Positions 1-7,267 of a stretch of 32,000 bases of DNA are shown here, piece by piece; within the stretch, counting starts at the first letter, position 1, and the number at the start of each line of letters is the position of its first letter. The position numbers were made by a program, and so were the translations under genes. This DNA comes from Candidatus Velamenicoccus archaeovorus. Its GTDB lineage: Bacteria > Omnitrophota > Gorgyraeia > Velamenicoccales > Velamenicoccaceae. The DNA is taken from NCBI RefSeq assembly GCF_004102945.1, contig NZ_CP019384.1, positions 210,001 to 242,000 on the forward strand, read 5' to 3'. A model generated the notes under the pieces. The model made no database searches. It saw only the letters and a list, made by a program, of their open reading frames with translations, and was not told where the DNA came from.

Positions 1-78
1 CAGGCCAAGGAATCCTACAAGCCTTGCGCGATGGTCAAAAAATACACGCTGGCCGGAAAATGAACAGGGGCCGGGGCG

Positions 79-107
79 TAGACGTCCTCGTCTCCTTACG
101 TTATAAT
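79..107 (+). promoter_or_regulatory. Candidate sigma70-type promoter of the cyclophilin-like/rmuC operon
   Basis: TAGACG (79-84), 17-nt spacer, perfect TATAAT (102-107). The -10 ends 8 nt before ATG 116 and no SD lies in between. Confidence 0.4.
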
Positions 108-115
108 GATGCCGT

Positions 116-487
116 ATGCGCATCAAGATCACGATCGCGGAAGTCACGGTTTTTGCCGAGCTCAATGAGTCTAAAACGAGCCGACTGATTATTTCCAGGC
201 TTCCCTTGGAGTCAAAAGCCGAGTTATGGGGTCAGGAGGTTTATTGTTATATTACACCCAGGGCCGGGCTTGAAAAAGAATACACCCGCGACGTGATGGA
301 GGTCGGCGATGTGGCCTATTGGCCAAAGGGGCCGTGTTTCTGTCTGTTTTTCGGCCTGACGCCGAACAGCCGCGGCGGCAAGATCATGCCGGCGAGTTCC
401 GTCACTTTCCTAGGGCGGATCGTCGGCGATCCCCTCATCCTTAAAAAAGTCAAAGAGGGAGATATCCTTAGAATGGAGCATGCATGA
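116..487 (+). CDS. Cyclophilin-like fold protein (TM1367 / Cyclophil_like-type small protein)
   Basis: 123-aa ORF. The motif GDVAYWPKGPCFCLFFG.TP is typical of this small family. Its stop overlaps the next start (ATGA at 484-487). Confidence 0.6.
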   Translation: MRIKITIAEVTVFAELNESKTSRLIISRLPLESKAELWGQEVYCYITPRAGLEKEYTRDVMEVGDVAYWPKGPCFCLFFGLTPNSRGGKIMPASSVTFLGRIVGDPLILKKVKEGDILRMEHA

Positions 488-1647
488 GTGTGCCGTTTTT
501 ACACATACTGACCGGCATGGCTGCCGGTCTGGTCCTGGCTTTGGTCGTTTTTTGGGTGAAAGGCCTTTTGGGACGCAAAACAGCCCTGGGCCAGGAACAG
601 CAGCTGACCCAGGCCGTGGATCGGCTCAAGGGGATTTTCGCCAGCTTGTCCCTGGAGGCGCTTTCCAAGAATTCCGAGGAGTTTCTTAAACTGGCTCATG
701 AGAAATTCCAGGGCTTGAGCGCCATGGGCGAGAAGGACCTCGCCGGAAAAAAAGAGCTCATCGACAGGACGCTGGAAGAGATGAAGGAGGAATTGCTGCG
801 TGTCAAAGACCTCATGAACGGCCTGGAGAAGGACCGCGTGGAGAAATTCGCCAACCTATCGAAGGACATCGAGCGGATGAACGTCGAGACTTCCAGGCTC
901 CAGGAGACGACCGACCATCTCCGGACGGCCCTGGCTTCGACCAAGGCCATCGGTCAATGGGGGGAACGCATGGCAGAGGATGTTTTGCGCCTGGCGGGTT
1001 TCATCGAAGGCGTCAATTATGCCAAACAGAAGGCCCAGGGGCAGACCCGACCGGACTACACCTTTTTCTTGCCGCAGGGGTTGAAGCTCAACATGGATGT
1101 CAAGTTTCCCCTGATGAATTACCAGAGGTTTTTTGAGGCCAAAAACGAGCAGGAGAAGGATGCCTATAAGACGCAGTTCCTGCGCGATGTACGCCAGCGC
1201 ATCAAGGAAGTCACGACGCGTGATTATATCGATCCCCAGGAGCGGACGCTGGATTATGTGATCGTATTCATCCCGAATGAGCAGGTCTATGCCTTCATCA
1301 ATCAGAATGACCGTATGATCCTGGATGAGGCCATGAAGCAGCGCGTGATCTTCTGTTCGCCTCTGACGCTCTACGCGATCCTGGCGGTGATCCGCCAGGC
1401 CATGGATATGTTCCGTCTGGAAGGCACGACACGCCAGATATTTTCCGTCCTTGAATCTTTCAAGAAACAGTATCAGGCGTTCTGCGCGTCGTTGGAGAAG
1501 ATGGGCGAGCGGCTGGAAGATGCCCGCAAAGAATATGATGCGCTTGTCACTACGCGCAAGAACCAGCTTGACAGGCAGATCAAAAAGATCGAAGACCTGC
1601 GCCAGGCGGACGACGCCGCACAGCTCGAGGGGCCTCGTGATTCTTGA
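484..1647 (+). CDS. rmuC: DNA recombination protein RmuC
   Basis: 387 aa with an N-terminal TM helix, a long coiled-coil and a C-terminal region (DYVIVFIPNEQVYAF..., FCSPLTLYAIL) characteristic of the RmuC family. Confidence 0.85.
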   Translation: MSVPFLHILTGMAAGLVLALVVFWVKGLLGRKTALGQEQQLTQAVDRLKGIFASLSLEALSKNSEEFLKLAHEKFQGLSAMGEKDLAGKKELIDRTLEEMKEELLRVKDLMNGLEKDRVEKFANLSKDIERMNVETSRLQETTDHLRTALASTKAIGQWGERMAEDVLRLAGFIEGVNYAKQKAQGQTRPDYTFFLPQGLKLNMDVKFPLMNYQRFFEAKNEQEKDAYKTQFLRDVRQRIKEVTTRDYIDPQERTLDYVIVFIPNEQVYAFINQNDRMILDEAMKQRVIFCSPLTLYAILAVIRQAMDMFRLEGTTRQIFSVLESFKKQYQAFCASLEKMGERLEDARKEYDALVTTRKNQLDRQIKKIEDLRQADDAAQLEGPRDS

Positions 1648-1855
1648 AGTCAAGGTCATTCCAAAATCCTCCCGCAATGAGGTCGTGCAGGAAGCCGACC
1701 GCCTGAAGGTCTATGTGAGCGTTGCGCCTGAAAAAGGCAAAGCCAACAAGGCTTTGGTTGGACTCATCGCCGAGCATTTCTCTGTCCGCAAGAGCGATGT
1801 CCGTATCAGGCAGGGTCTTCACGCGCATACCAAGATCGTTGAAATCCCCGGATAA
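1637..1855 (+). CDS. DUF167 / YggU-family small protein
   Basis: A GTG at 1637 lies in the frame of ORF 1451-1855 and overlaps the rmuC stop. ILEVKVIPKSSRNEV...EKGKANKALVGLIAEHF...VRIRQG matches the YggU/DUF167 pattern. The upstream part of the track ORF lies inside rmuC. Confidence 0.7.
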   Translation: MILEVKVIPKSSRNEVVQEADRLKVYVSVAPEKGKANKALVGLIAEHFSVRKSDVRIRQGLHAHTKIVEIPG

Positions 1856-2589
1856 TGACAGAGGCGCTTGTTCTCCACAAGGAAGGGAACCGCTACAGGC
1901 TTAAAGTCTTTGAGGCTTTTGGCGCGCAGGCGTTTTTTACAACACGGCCTTTGGACATGTCTTTTGAGAATCCCGACAGGCGCCGGGCGCTCGCGGCCGC
2001 CGGCATCGACACAGGGGAGCTTGTGTGCCTTTCCCAGGCGCACGGCGATCGCGTCCTTGTCGCCGGCTGGCAACACAGGCGGGCCGGCGTCGCAGGGCGG
2101 CCGACAGCCATCCAGGCCACGGACGCCCTTGTGACCGGCACAAAAGGGGTTTCTTTGTCGGTCTTGACGGCTGATTGTCTGCCCGTTTTTATGCTTGATA
2201 CGGAAAAGAGAGTCATTGCGATGGTCCATGCCGGCTGGCGGGGTCTGCATCTGCGGATCGTTTCTCGTGCAATGTCGACGATGACGAAGAGTTTCGGCAG
2301 CCGGCCCGAGGATGTCCTGGCGGCGTTTGGGCCGGCCATAGGGCCTTGTTGTTACCGCGTAGGCGAGGAATTTGTTTCTATGTTTCCCTCGGCCGTTGTG
2401 CGCCGCAGAAGAGACGTCTTCATGGATTTGGCCTCGTGCGCCCGCGCGGAGTTGGAGGCGTGCGGCGTGCCGGCAGGAAGGATCGTGGAAAGCGGTATCT
2501 GCACGTCTTGCCGGAACGGGGAATTCTATTCCTACAGGCGTCAGGGAGAGGCGGCAGGACGCCAGGTGTCCGTCCTGAGGCTTTGTTGA
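1855..2589 (+). CDS. pgeF: Peptidoglycan editing factor PgeF / YfiH (DUF152, laccase-domain protein)
   Basis: 244 aa with the HGDRV, TADCLPV, HAGWRG and C-terminal CTSC motifs of the YfiH family. TAATG overlap with the previous gene. Confidence 0.85.
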   Translation: MTEALVLHKEGNRYRLKVFEAFGAQAFFTTRPLDMSFENPDRRRALAAAGIDTGELVCLSQAHGDRVLVAGWQHRRAGVAGRPTAIQATDALVTGTKGVSLSVLTADCLPVFMLDTEKRVIAMVHAGWRGLHLRIVSRAMSTMTKSFGSRPEDVLAAFGPAIGPCCYRVGEEFVSMFPSAVVRRRRDVFMDLASCARAELEACGVPAGRIVESGICTSCRNGEFYSYRRQGEAAGRQVSVLRLC

Positions 2590-2662
2590 GCGTTTTTCTG
2601 TTTTGCGCGGCGTTGCGCAGGCATATTATTCGTGGTAAGATGACGGGGACAGGTGAAAAATC

Positions 2663-3478
2663 ATGGTCAAATTGATAGAGATCAACGATACGCAATTCAA
2701 TGCCTTGGTGTTGAAGGCTTCCTTGCCCGTCTTGGTCGAGTGCGCCAGCCCGGAATGCATTATCTGCAAGGCGATGGCCCAGCGCGTCCGTGAAGCCGCC
2801 CGCGATTACCTGGACCAGATGCTTTTTTTCCGGCTTAACGTCAACGAAAGCCGGCGTTGGAAGGATTACGGCGTACGGGTGATCCCGACACTTTTGTATT
2901 TCAAAGGGGGAGAGTTGGCGGCCCGGCAGGAGACTTTTCCCGAGATCGAAGAGATCCAGGGGCAGATCCGGGTTGTTTTGGGTCAAGACGCCGGCACCGG
3001 CGGGCCAGTGGCTGAACTGAAGAACGCCATGGACTTGGAACATGCGGCCGCCCAGTTCTATAAGTATGTGGCTGCCAACGTGCGCAACGGCCGGGCCAAG
3101 GAACGTTTCCGTCAACTGCAGCACCAGTCCATAGCGCACCATGAGATCTTGGGGAGGAAGTATAAGGAGTTGTCCGGCGAGTCCTACCAGCCGGCCGAAA
3201 AGATCGTCGATCCAGGTCTGAAACCCTATGGTTTTTCCCTTCTGGGAGCGATGAAAATGGCCATTCGGCTTGAGGAGAAGCTCCTGGCTTATTATAAGAA
3301 GCTCGCAAAGTCCAGGATCAAGCCCGCCGAGAAGGAGTTATTCAAAAAGATCATCAAGGAGGAGGGCTTGCACCTGAAGGCTGTTCGGCAGGAGAAGGCC
3401 TACGCGCAGCGCCGGGAACTGGAAAGCTCCCTAGAAGTTCCTGAACAATCCAGTTGGCTGAACAAGGTGTTCGAATGA
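2663..3478 (+). CDS. Fusion protein: N-terminal thioredoxin-like domain (CIIC motif) plus C-terminal ferritin-like/rubrerythrin-like four-helix domain
   Basis: The N-terminal ~105 aa have a Trx-fold pattern (...LVECASPECIICK...VIPTLLYFKGGE). The C-terminal ~150 aa have paired amphipathic helices with E/H residues (MDLEHAAAQFY, IKEEGLH). SD AGGTGA lies 6 nt upstream of the ATG. Confidence 0.6.
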   Translation: MVKLIEINDTQFNALVLKASLPVLVECASPECIICKAMAQRVREAARDYLDQMLFFRLNVNESRRWKDYGVRVIPTLLYFKGGELAARQETFPEIEEIQGQIRVVLGQDAGTGGPVAELKNAMDLEHAAAQFYKYVAANVRNGRAKERFRQLQHQSIAHHEILGRKYKELSGESYQPAEKIVDPGLKPYGFSLLGAMKMAIRLEEKLLAYYKKLAKSRIKPAEKELFKKIIKEEGLHLKAVRQEKAYAQRRELESSLEVPEQSSWLNKVFE

Positions 3479-3576
3479 ACAAGACAAAAGGTCCCTCGTC
3501 TCAGGCACAAAGACGCTGAAGGAGGCCCGGAGTCAAGCTCAGGCAAATAGATTCAGCGGGAAAACGAGAGGTCGAT

Positions 3577-3810
3577 ATGGTCCGTGTCAAAGTGTATTCT
3601 ACGCCGACGTGCCCTTATTGTATCCGTGCGAAAAAATATTTGTCGGATAAGGGTGTTGATTTTGAGAATATCGATGTCTCGGCCGATGAAGAAGCGTTGA
3701 AACAGATGGTTGATGTTTCGGGACAGATGGGCGTGCCCGTCTTGGTGATCGACGGCGAAGTGATTGTGGGCTTTGACCAGGCCAGGATCGACCAGAAGTT
3801 GGGGCTTTAA
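3577..3810 (+). CDS. Glutaredoxin-like protein (NrdH/YruB-type, CPYC active site)
   Basis: 77 aa. VKVYSTPTCPYCIRAKKYL...GVPVLVIDGEVIVGFD is the classical Grx fold signature. SD GAGAGG upstream. Confidence 0.85.
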   Translation: MVRVKVYSTPTCPYCIRAKKYLSDKGVDFENIDVSADEEALKQMVDVSGQMGVPVLVIDGEVIVGFDQARIDQKLGL

Positions 3811-3813
3811 GGT

Positions 3814-4728
3814 ATGCTGGATCTTGTCATTATCGGCGCAGGCCCGGCGGGGATTACGGCTGCGATTTATGCCGCCCGTAAAAAAATCGACTTTGTCCTT
3901 GTGTCTGAGGACTTGGGCGGCCAGACGGCCTTGAGCGCCGATGTGGAGAATTATACCGGCTATCAGTTCATCACAGGACCGGACCTGGCGGCCAAGTTCG
4001 AAGAGCATCTGCGTCAATTCGCCATCACCTTTTATAACGGCGAAGCGGTGACGCGGATTGCCTGGCAGGCCGAAGGGGCCGGCGGCGGGTTTGCCGTCGA
4101 AAGCGCCAAGGCCTCTTATGCGTGCCGTTCCGTGTTGATCGCCTCGGGGCGCCGGCCCCGGTGGCTGGGAGTGCCCGGCGAAGAGAAATTTCGCAACAAG
4201 GGCGTCAGTTACTGTGCGACATGCGACGGGCCGCTGTTTTCCAAAAAGACGGTGGCGGTCATCGGCGGCGGCAACTCGGCCCTGGATGCGGCGCTGCAGA
4301 TGGTGAATATCGCCGAGAAGGTATATCTCGTCGATATCAATGCCGCGCTCGGCGGCGACGAGATCATGCGCCGCAAGGTTCAGGTATCGCCGAGGGTCGA
4401 GGTTTTGAATAACGCAAAGACAGTGGAGATCGCGGGCGATCGTTTTGTCACATCTCTGAAGGTTGAAGTTTCGGGAAAGCCGCGGGAACTGGCTGTGAGC
4501 GGTATCTTCGTGGAGATCGGTTCGATTCCCAACAGCGAGATTGCGGATTTTGTGGACAGGAATGATGCCGGTGAGATCGTCGTCGATTGCCTCAACAGGA
4601 CCAGTGTTCGGGGCGTCTTTGCCGCCGGCGACGTCACAACCGTGCCTGAGAAGCAGATCATCGTGGCCGCCGGCGAAGGCGCCAAGGCGGTCTTGGGTGT
4701 TTCCCGCTACTTGATGCAGGAAAAATGA
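3814..4728 (+). CDS. Thioredoxin-disulfide reductase-like flavoprotein (low-Mr TrxR family)
   Basis: 304 aa with FAD site GAGPAGITAAIYAAR, redox-active CATCDG, NAD(P)H site GGGNSALDAA and C-terminal GVFAAGDV. It starts 3 nt after the Grx-like gene. Confidence 0.85.
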   Translation: MLDLVIIGAGPAGITAAIYAARKKIDFVLVSEDLGGQTALSADVENYTGYQFITGPDLAAKFEEHLRQFAITFYNGEAVTRIAWQAEGAGGGFAVESAKASYACRSVLIASGRRPRWLGVPGEEKFRNKGVSYCATCDGPLFSKKTVAVIGGGNSALDAALQMVNIAEKVYLVDINAALGGDEIMRRKVQVSPRVEVLNNAKTVEIAGDRFVTSLKVEVSGKPRELAVSGIFVEIGSIPNSEIADFVDRNDAGEIVVDCLNRTSVRGVFAAGDVTTVPEKQIIVAAGEGAKAVLGVSRYLMQEK

Positions 4729-4732
4729 GAAG

Positions 4733-5062
4733 ATGAAATACTGCATGGTTTTCATGACGGCGCCGCAAGGCCCCGAGGCCAGGTCTCTGGCAGATATGCT
4801 TTTGAAGAAAAGGCTCTGTGCGTGCGTCAATATCGTCAAGGGCATGGCGTCTTTTTTCTGGTGGCAGGGAAGGATCGATGCGGCCAGGGAATCGCTTCTG
4901 ATCGCCAAGACCGAGCAGCGGCTTTTGAAGAAGATCGTACGGGAGGTCCGCCGGGTGCATAGTTACAGTGTCTGCGAGATCATTGCGATGCCGATTGTCG
5001 CGGGCAGCGCCCCTTATCTGGAATGGATCTCAGCTTCTTTAAGAAAGGGCAGAACGGCATGA
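4733..5062 (+). CDS. cutA: Divalent-cation tolerance protein CutA
   Basis: 109 aa. The pattern ...LAACVNI...S.Y.W.G.I.....L.IKT......I...HSY..PEI....I..G...YL.W is recognisable (CACVNIVKGMASFFWWQGRID...LIAKTE...VHSYSVCEIIAMPI). Confidence 0.8.
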   Translation: MKYCMVFMTAPQGPEARSLADMLLKKRLCACVNIVKGMASFFWWQGRIDAARESLLIAKTEQRLLKKIVREVRRVHSYSVCEIIAMPIVAGSAPYLEWISASLRKGRTA

Positions 5063-5730
5063 TTTCGGGTGGTAATCCATTTGAGTTCATCCTGGTTTTC
5101 GGCGCAGGCGTCCTGGTAAGTTTTTCGCCTTGTGTCTATCCGCTTTTGCCTGTGACGATCGGCTATATCGGCGCCGGTGCCCAGAAAGACAGGCTTCACG
5201 CTTTCATTTTGAGCCTCATTTATGTCCTTGGCATGGCCATTACCTATAGCATCCTCGGTGTCTTTGCCAGCATGACGGGGAAGATTTTCGGACAGATCAG
5301 CTCCAGCCCCATCTCTTTCTTCATCATCGGCAACATCTGCATTGTCTTTGGTCTTTCGATGCTGGGGGTCTTTGAAATGCACTTGCCGAACTTCTTTTTA
5401 AACAAGATCAAGGGACGCAAGTCGAAGTTTTCTGTTTTCCTTCTGGGGATGACTTCGGGGTTGATCGTCGGGCCGTGCACGGCCCCTGTCCTGGGCGCCA
5501 TCCTTGTCTATGTGGCGACCAAGCAGAACCTTTTTTACGGTGTTTTTCTTCTTTTCAGCTTTGCCTACGGCATGGGGGCTTTGTTGATCCTGGCAGGGAC
5601 ATTCAGCGGTTTGCTGGCAGGAATGCCCAAGTCCGGACAATGGATGTATACGATCGAAAAAATCGGCGGCGTGCTTTTGATCCTGACAGGAGAATATTTT
5701 CTTGTCAATATGGGGAGGGCTTTGATATGA
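5059..5730 (+). CDS. ccdA: Cytochrome c biogenesis / thiol-disulfide electron transporter CcdA (DsbD transmembrane domain family)
   Basis: Polytopic membrane protein with SPCVYPLLPV and GPCTAPVLG motifs. ATG 5059 forms an ATGA overlap with the cutA stop. The track start at 5023 is an in-frame alternative. Confidence 0.85.
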   Translation: MISGGNPFEFILVFGAGVLVSFSPCVYPLLPVTIGYIGAGAQKDRLHAFILSLIYVLGMAITYSILGVFASMTGKIFGQISSSPISFFIIGNICIVFGLSMLGVFEMHLPNFFLNKIKGRKSKFSVFLLGMTSGLIVGPCTAPVLGAILVYVATKQNLFYGVFLLFSFAYGMGALLILAGTFSGLLAGMPKSGQWMYTIEKIGGVLLILTGEYFLVNMGRALI

Positions 5731-6230
5731 GGCTGAGGATGGTCCGTTGTTTTATTTTTGTCTGGATATTGACCGTGTTTTCTTGCGTCCACAACGTTTC
5801 GGCCTCGGCATCCGTGAGACGGACACAGTTGGTCGGCAGCATCGCTCCGGATTTCACCCTGGAAACAACTGCTGACACCAAAGTGGCGCTGCGGGATTTG
5901 CACGGCCACGGCGTCATTCTCTTTTTCTTTACCACGTGGTGTCCCTATTGCCGCGAAAAGCTTCCATTGCTGGCGGGTGAACGCCGGAAGATGGAGGAGG
6001 GCAAGATCAAGCTTCTCCTTGTTGATGCCGGTGAAAGCAAGGCCAAGGTGAAGGCGTTCATCGAAAAACAACAGCTGCCTTTTGCGGTCCTTCTGGATAG
6101 CAACACCCTCGTCGCTGAAAGCTACGGCGTGGTCGGCGTGCCGACCTTTGTCTTGATCTCCTCTGACGGGGACGTCGTCTGGACGGGGAACGAATTGCCG
6201 GGTAATTATCGTAAGCTCCTGGGGCGCTGA
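5727..6230 (+). CDS. Periplasmic thiol:disulfide oxidoreductase, TlpA/ResA family (WCPYC)
   Basis: Signal peptide MRLRMVRCFIFVWILTVFSC, then APDFTLE...VILFFFTTWCPYCREKLP...GVPTFVLISSDG. ATG 5727 forms an ATGA overlap with the ccdA stop. The upstream part of track ORF 5475-6230 lies inside ccdA. Confidence 0.8.
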   Translation: MRLRMVRCFIFVWILTVFSCVHNVSASASVRRTQLVGSIAPDFTLETTADTKVALRDLHGHGVILFFFTTWCPYCREKLPLLAGERRKMEEGKIKLLLVDAGESKAKVKAFIEKQQLPFAVLLDSNTLVAESYGVVGVPTFVLISSDGDVVWTGNELPGNYRKLLGR

Positions 6231-6250
6231 AACATCTCCAAAAGACTCCC

Positions 6251-6279
6251 TTGACAGGATCTCCCAAAATCCTTAAAAT
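6251..6279 (+). promoter_or_regulatory. Sigma70-type promoter upstream of the Fur-family gene
   Basis: Perfect TTGACA (6251-6256), 17-nt spacer, TAAAAT (6274-6279). Confidence 0.55.
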
Positions 6280-6301
6280 AATAATAAGAATGATTATTAT
6301 T
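6277..6301. promoter_or_regulatory. Fur/PerR-box-like AT-rich inverted repeat (9-7-9) overlapping the -10 element
   Basis: AATAATAAT (6277-6285), AAGAATG, ATTATTATT (6293-6301). It is built from ATAAT/ATTAT hexamer-like units as in Fur-family operators. Confidence 0.5.
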
Positions 6302-6468
6302 TAGTACCCGTCACGCTCGAGCAGGCACGAGATTTTCCCGCCTTCCAAATCATCGGCAACGGCTTTAAAGAGACCGGCAAGGGATTTTTGTCCCTGCAAA
6401 GCCGCCCCGCAATCACGGAGAGGCTTTTCGTGGGTGAGGCCCTGTGCGGTGCGTCTGGGAGAATGACC

Positions 6469-6879
6469 ATGAAAAAGATGTCTCAAAACTACCGGATCAC
6501 GAAGCAGCGGCAAAAGATCCTGGAGCTTTTGACCAACACCAGGGAACACCCCACGGCGGATCAGATTTATAAAAAGTTCAAGGGAAAGTTTCCCCGTCTG
6601 AGCTTGGGCACGGTCTATCGTAATCTGCGGATTTTGAAAGAACAGGGTCAAATCTGGGAGTTGGACTTCGGTACGGGCCTCAGTCATTTCGATGCCGTTG
6701 TGCATTCGCATTATCACTTTATCTGCAAGAATTGCCGCAAAATCTACGATATCCGCATTCCTTCCATCAAAGAGTTGGATGATAGGGTGCGCACCCTGAC
6801 AGGCTTCAGGATTTATTCGCACAGACTGGAGTTCTTCGGTCTTTGCGACGCTTGTAATGCGCGGCAGATCGTGCGTTGA
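6469..6879 (+). CDS. Fur-family metalloregulator (PerR-like by context)
   Basis: RITKQRQKILELL...HPTADQIY...LSLGTVYRNLRIL...HYHFICKNCRKIYD...CDAC matches a winged helix plus two CxxC pairs. SD GGGAGA lies 6 nt before ATG 6469. ATG 6463 and ATG 6478 are alternatives, and the track start 6388 adds an atypical extension. Confidence 0.8.
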   Translation: MKKMSQNYRITKQRQKILELLTNTREHPTADQIYKKFKGKFPRLSLGTVYRNLRILKEQGQIWELDFGTGLSHFDAVVHSHYHFICKNCRKIYDIRIPSIKELDDRVRTLTGFRIYSHRLEFFGLCDACNARQIVR

Positions 6880-6884
6880 AAAAT

Positions 6885-6916
6885 GCCCTTCGTGTCTTGA
6901 GGGTGTTCGTTTTTTC
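6885..6916 (+). terminator. Weak candidate intrinsic terminator after the Fur-family gene
   Basis: Short stem GCCCT/AGGGT (6885-6889 with 6900-6904) followed by GTTCGTTTTTT. The stem is only 5 bp. Confidence 0.3.
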
Positions 6917-6929
6917 GCAATCAATGTCC

Positions 6930-6958
6930 TTGATTTTATTTTCTTTACCTAATATAAT
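6930..6958 (+). promoter_or_regulatory. Strong sigma70-type promoter of the por operon
   Basis: TTGATT (6930-6935), 17-nt spacer, perfect TATAAT (6953-6958). It predicts a leader of roughly 300 nt before porG. Confidence 0.6.
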
Positions 6959-6998
6959 GGAAAATCCTTTGCGGCTTGGGAACATCGCTCTTTGCTTA

Positions 6999-7260
6999 TG
7001 CGCTTGTAAGTTTTTCCAGGGTAGGCCGTCGGTCTGGCGCAGCCGGCCAGGACGGCCATAAGGGGGCAGACCTCCGCATTCCACATAGCGGAGGGTCTAA
7101 TCTCGCCAGAGGCGGAAGGATGAAGGAAATAAACGTTGCTCCCCGTGTAAGCATCTTGACAATTTATGCCTGCACCCAGTCCTCGCAGAGCTCGGACGGG
7201 CAGCCATAAATTCTCAAGATACACGTGGAGTTGATTCCGCCAGAGGCGGAATTAAGGAGG
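6999..7260 (+). repeat. Mosaic structured intergenic element, locus E (units E1 ~7001-7133 and E2 ~7134-7260), ending in the porG SD
   Basis: E1 has GCGCTTGTAAGTTTTTCC, a 38-nt GC palindrome (7022-7059) and the CAGACCTCCGC...GCGGAGGGTCTA hairpin. E2 has P1 CTCCCCGTGTA..TCTTGA / TCAAGATACACGTGGAG, P2 AATTTATG/CATAAATT and terminal hairpin ATTCCGCC-agag-GGCGGAAT, followed by TAAGGAGG and ATG 7268. Confidence 0.75.
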
Positions 7261-7267
7261 AATTCAT

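Noticed and set aside
856-1677. 273-aa ORF on the - strand
   Set aside because: It is antisense to rmuC and has no motif support. Shadow ORF.
2611-2640. Possible promoter TTGCGC-17-TAAGAT upstream of the Trx/ferritin-like fusion gene
   Set aside because: Only 3 of 6 and 4 of 6 positions match the consensus. This is indistinguishable from chance in this composition.
3553-4908. 451-aa ORF on the - strand
   Set aside because: It runs antisense across the well-supported Grx-like, TrxR-like and cutA genes. It has low-complexity Arg/Ala/Gly-rich composition, no SD and no recognisable motif. This is a typical GC-rich shadow ORF.
6388-6468. Longer N-terminus for the Fur-family regulator (track start at 6388)
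   Set aside because: It adds about 27 residues with no counterpart in Fur-family proteins and lacks an SD. ATG 6469 has GGGAGA at ideal spacing.
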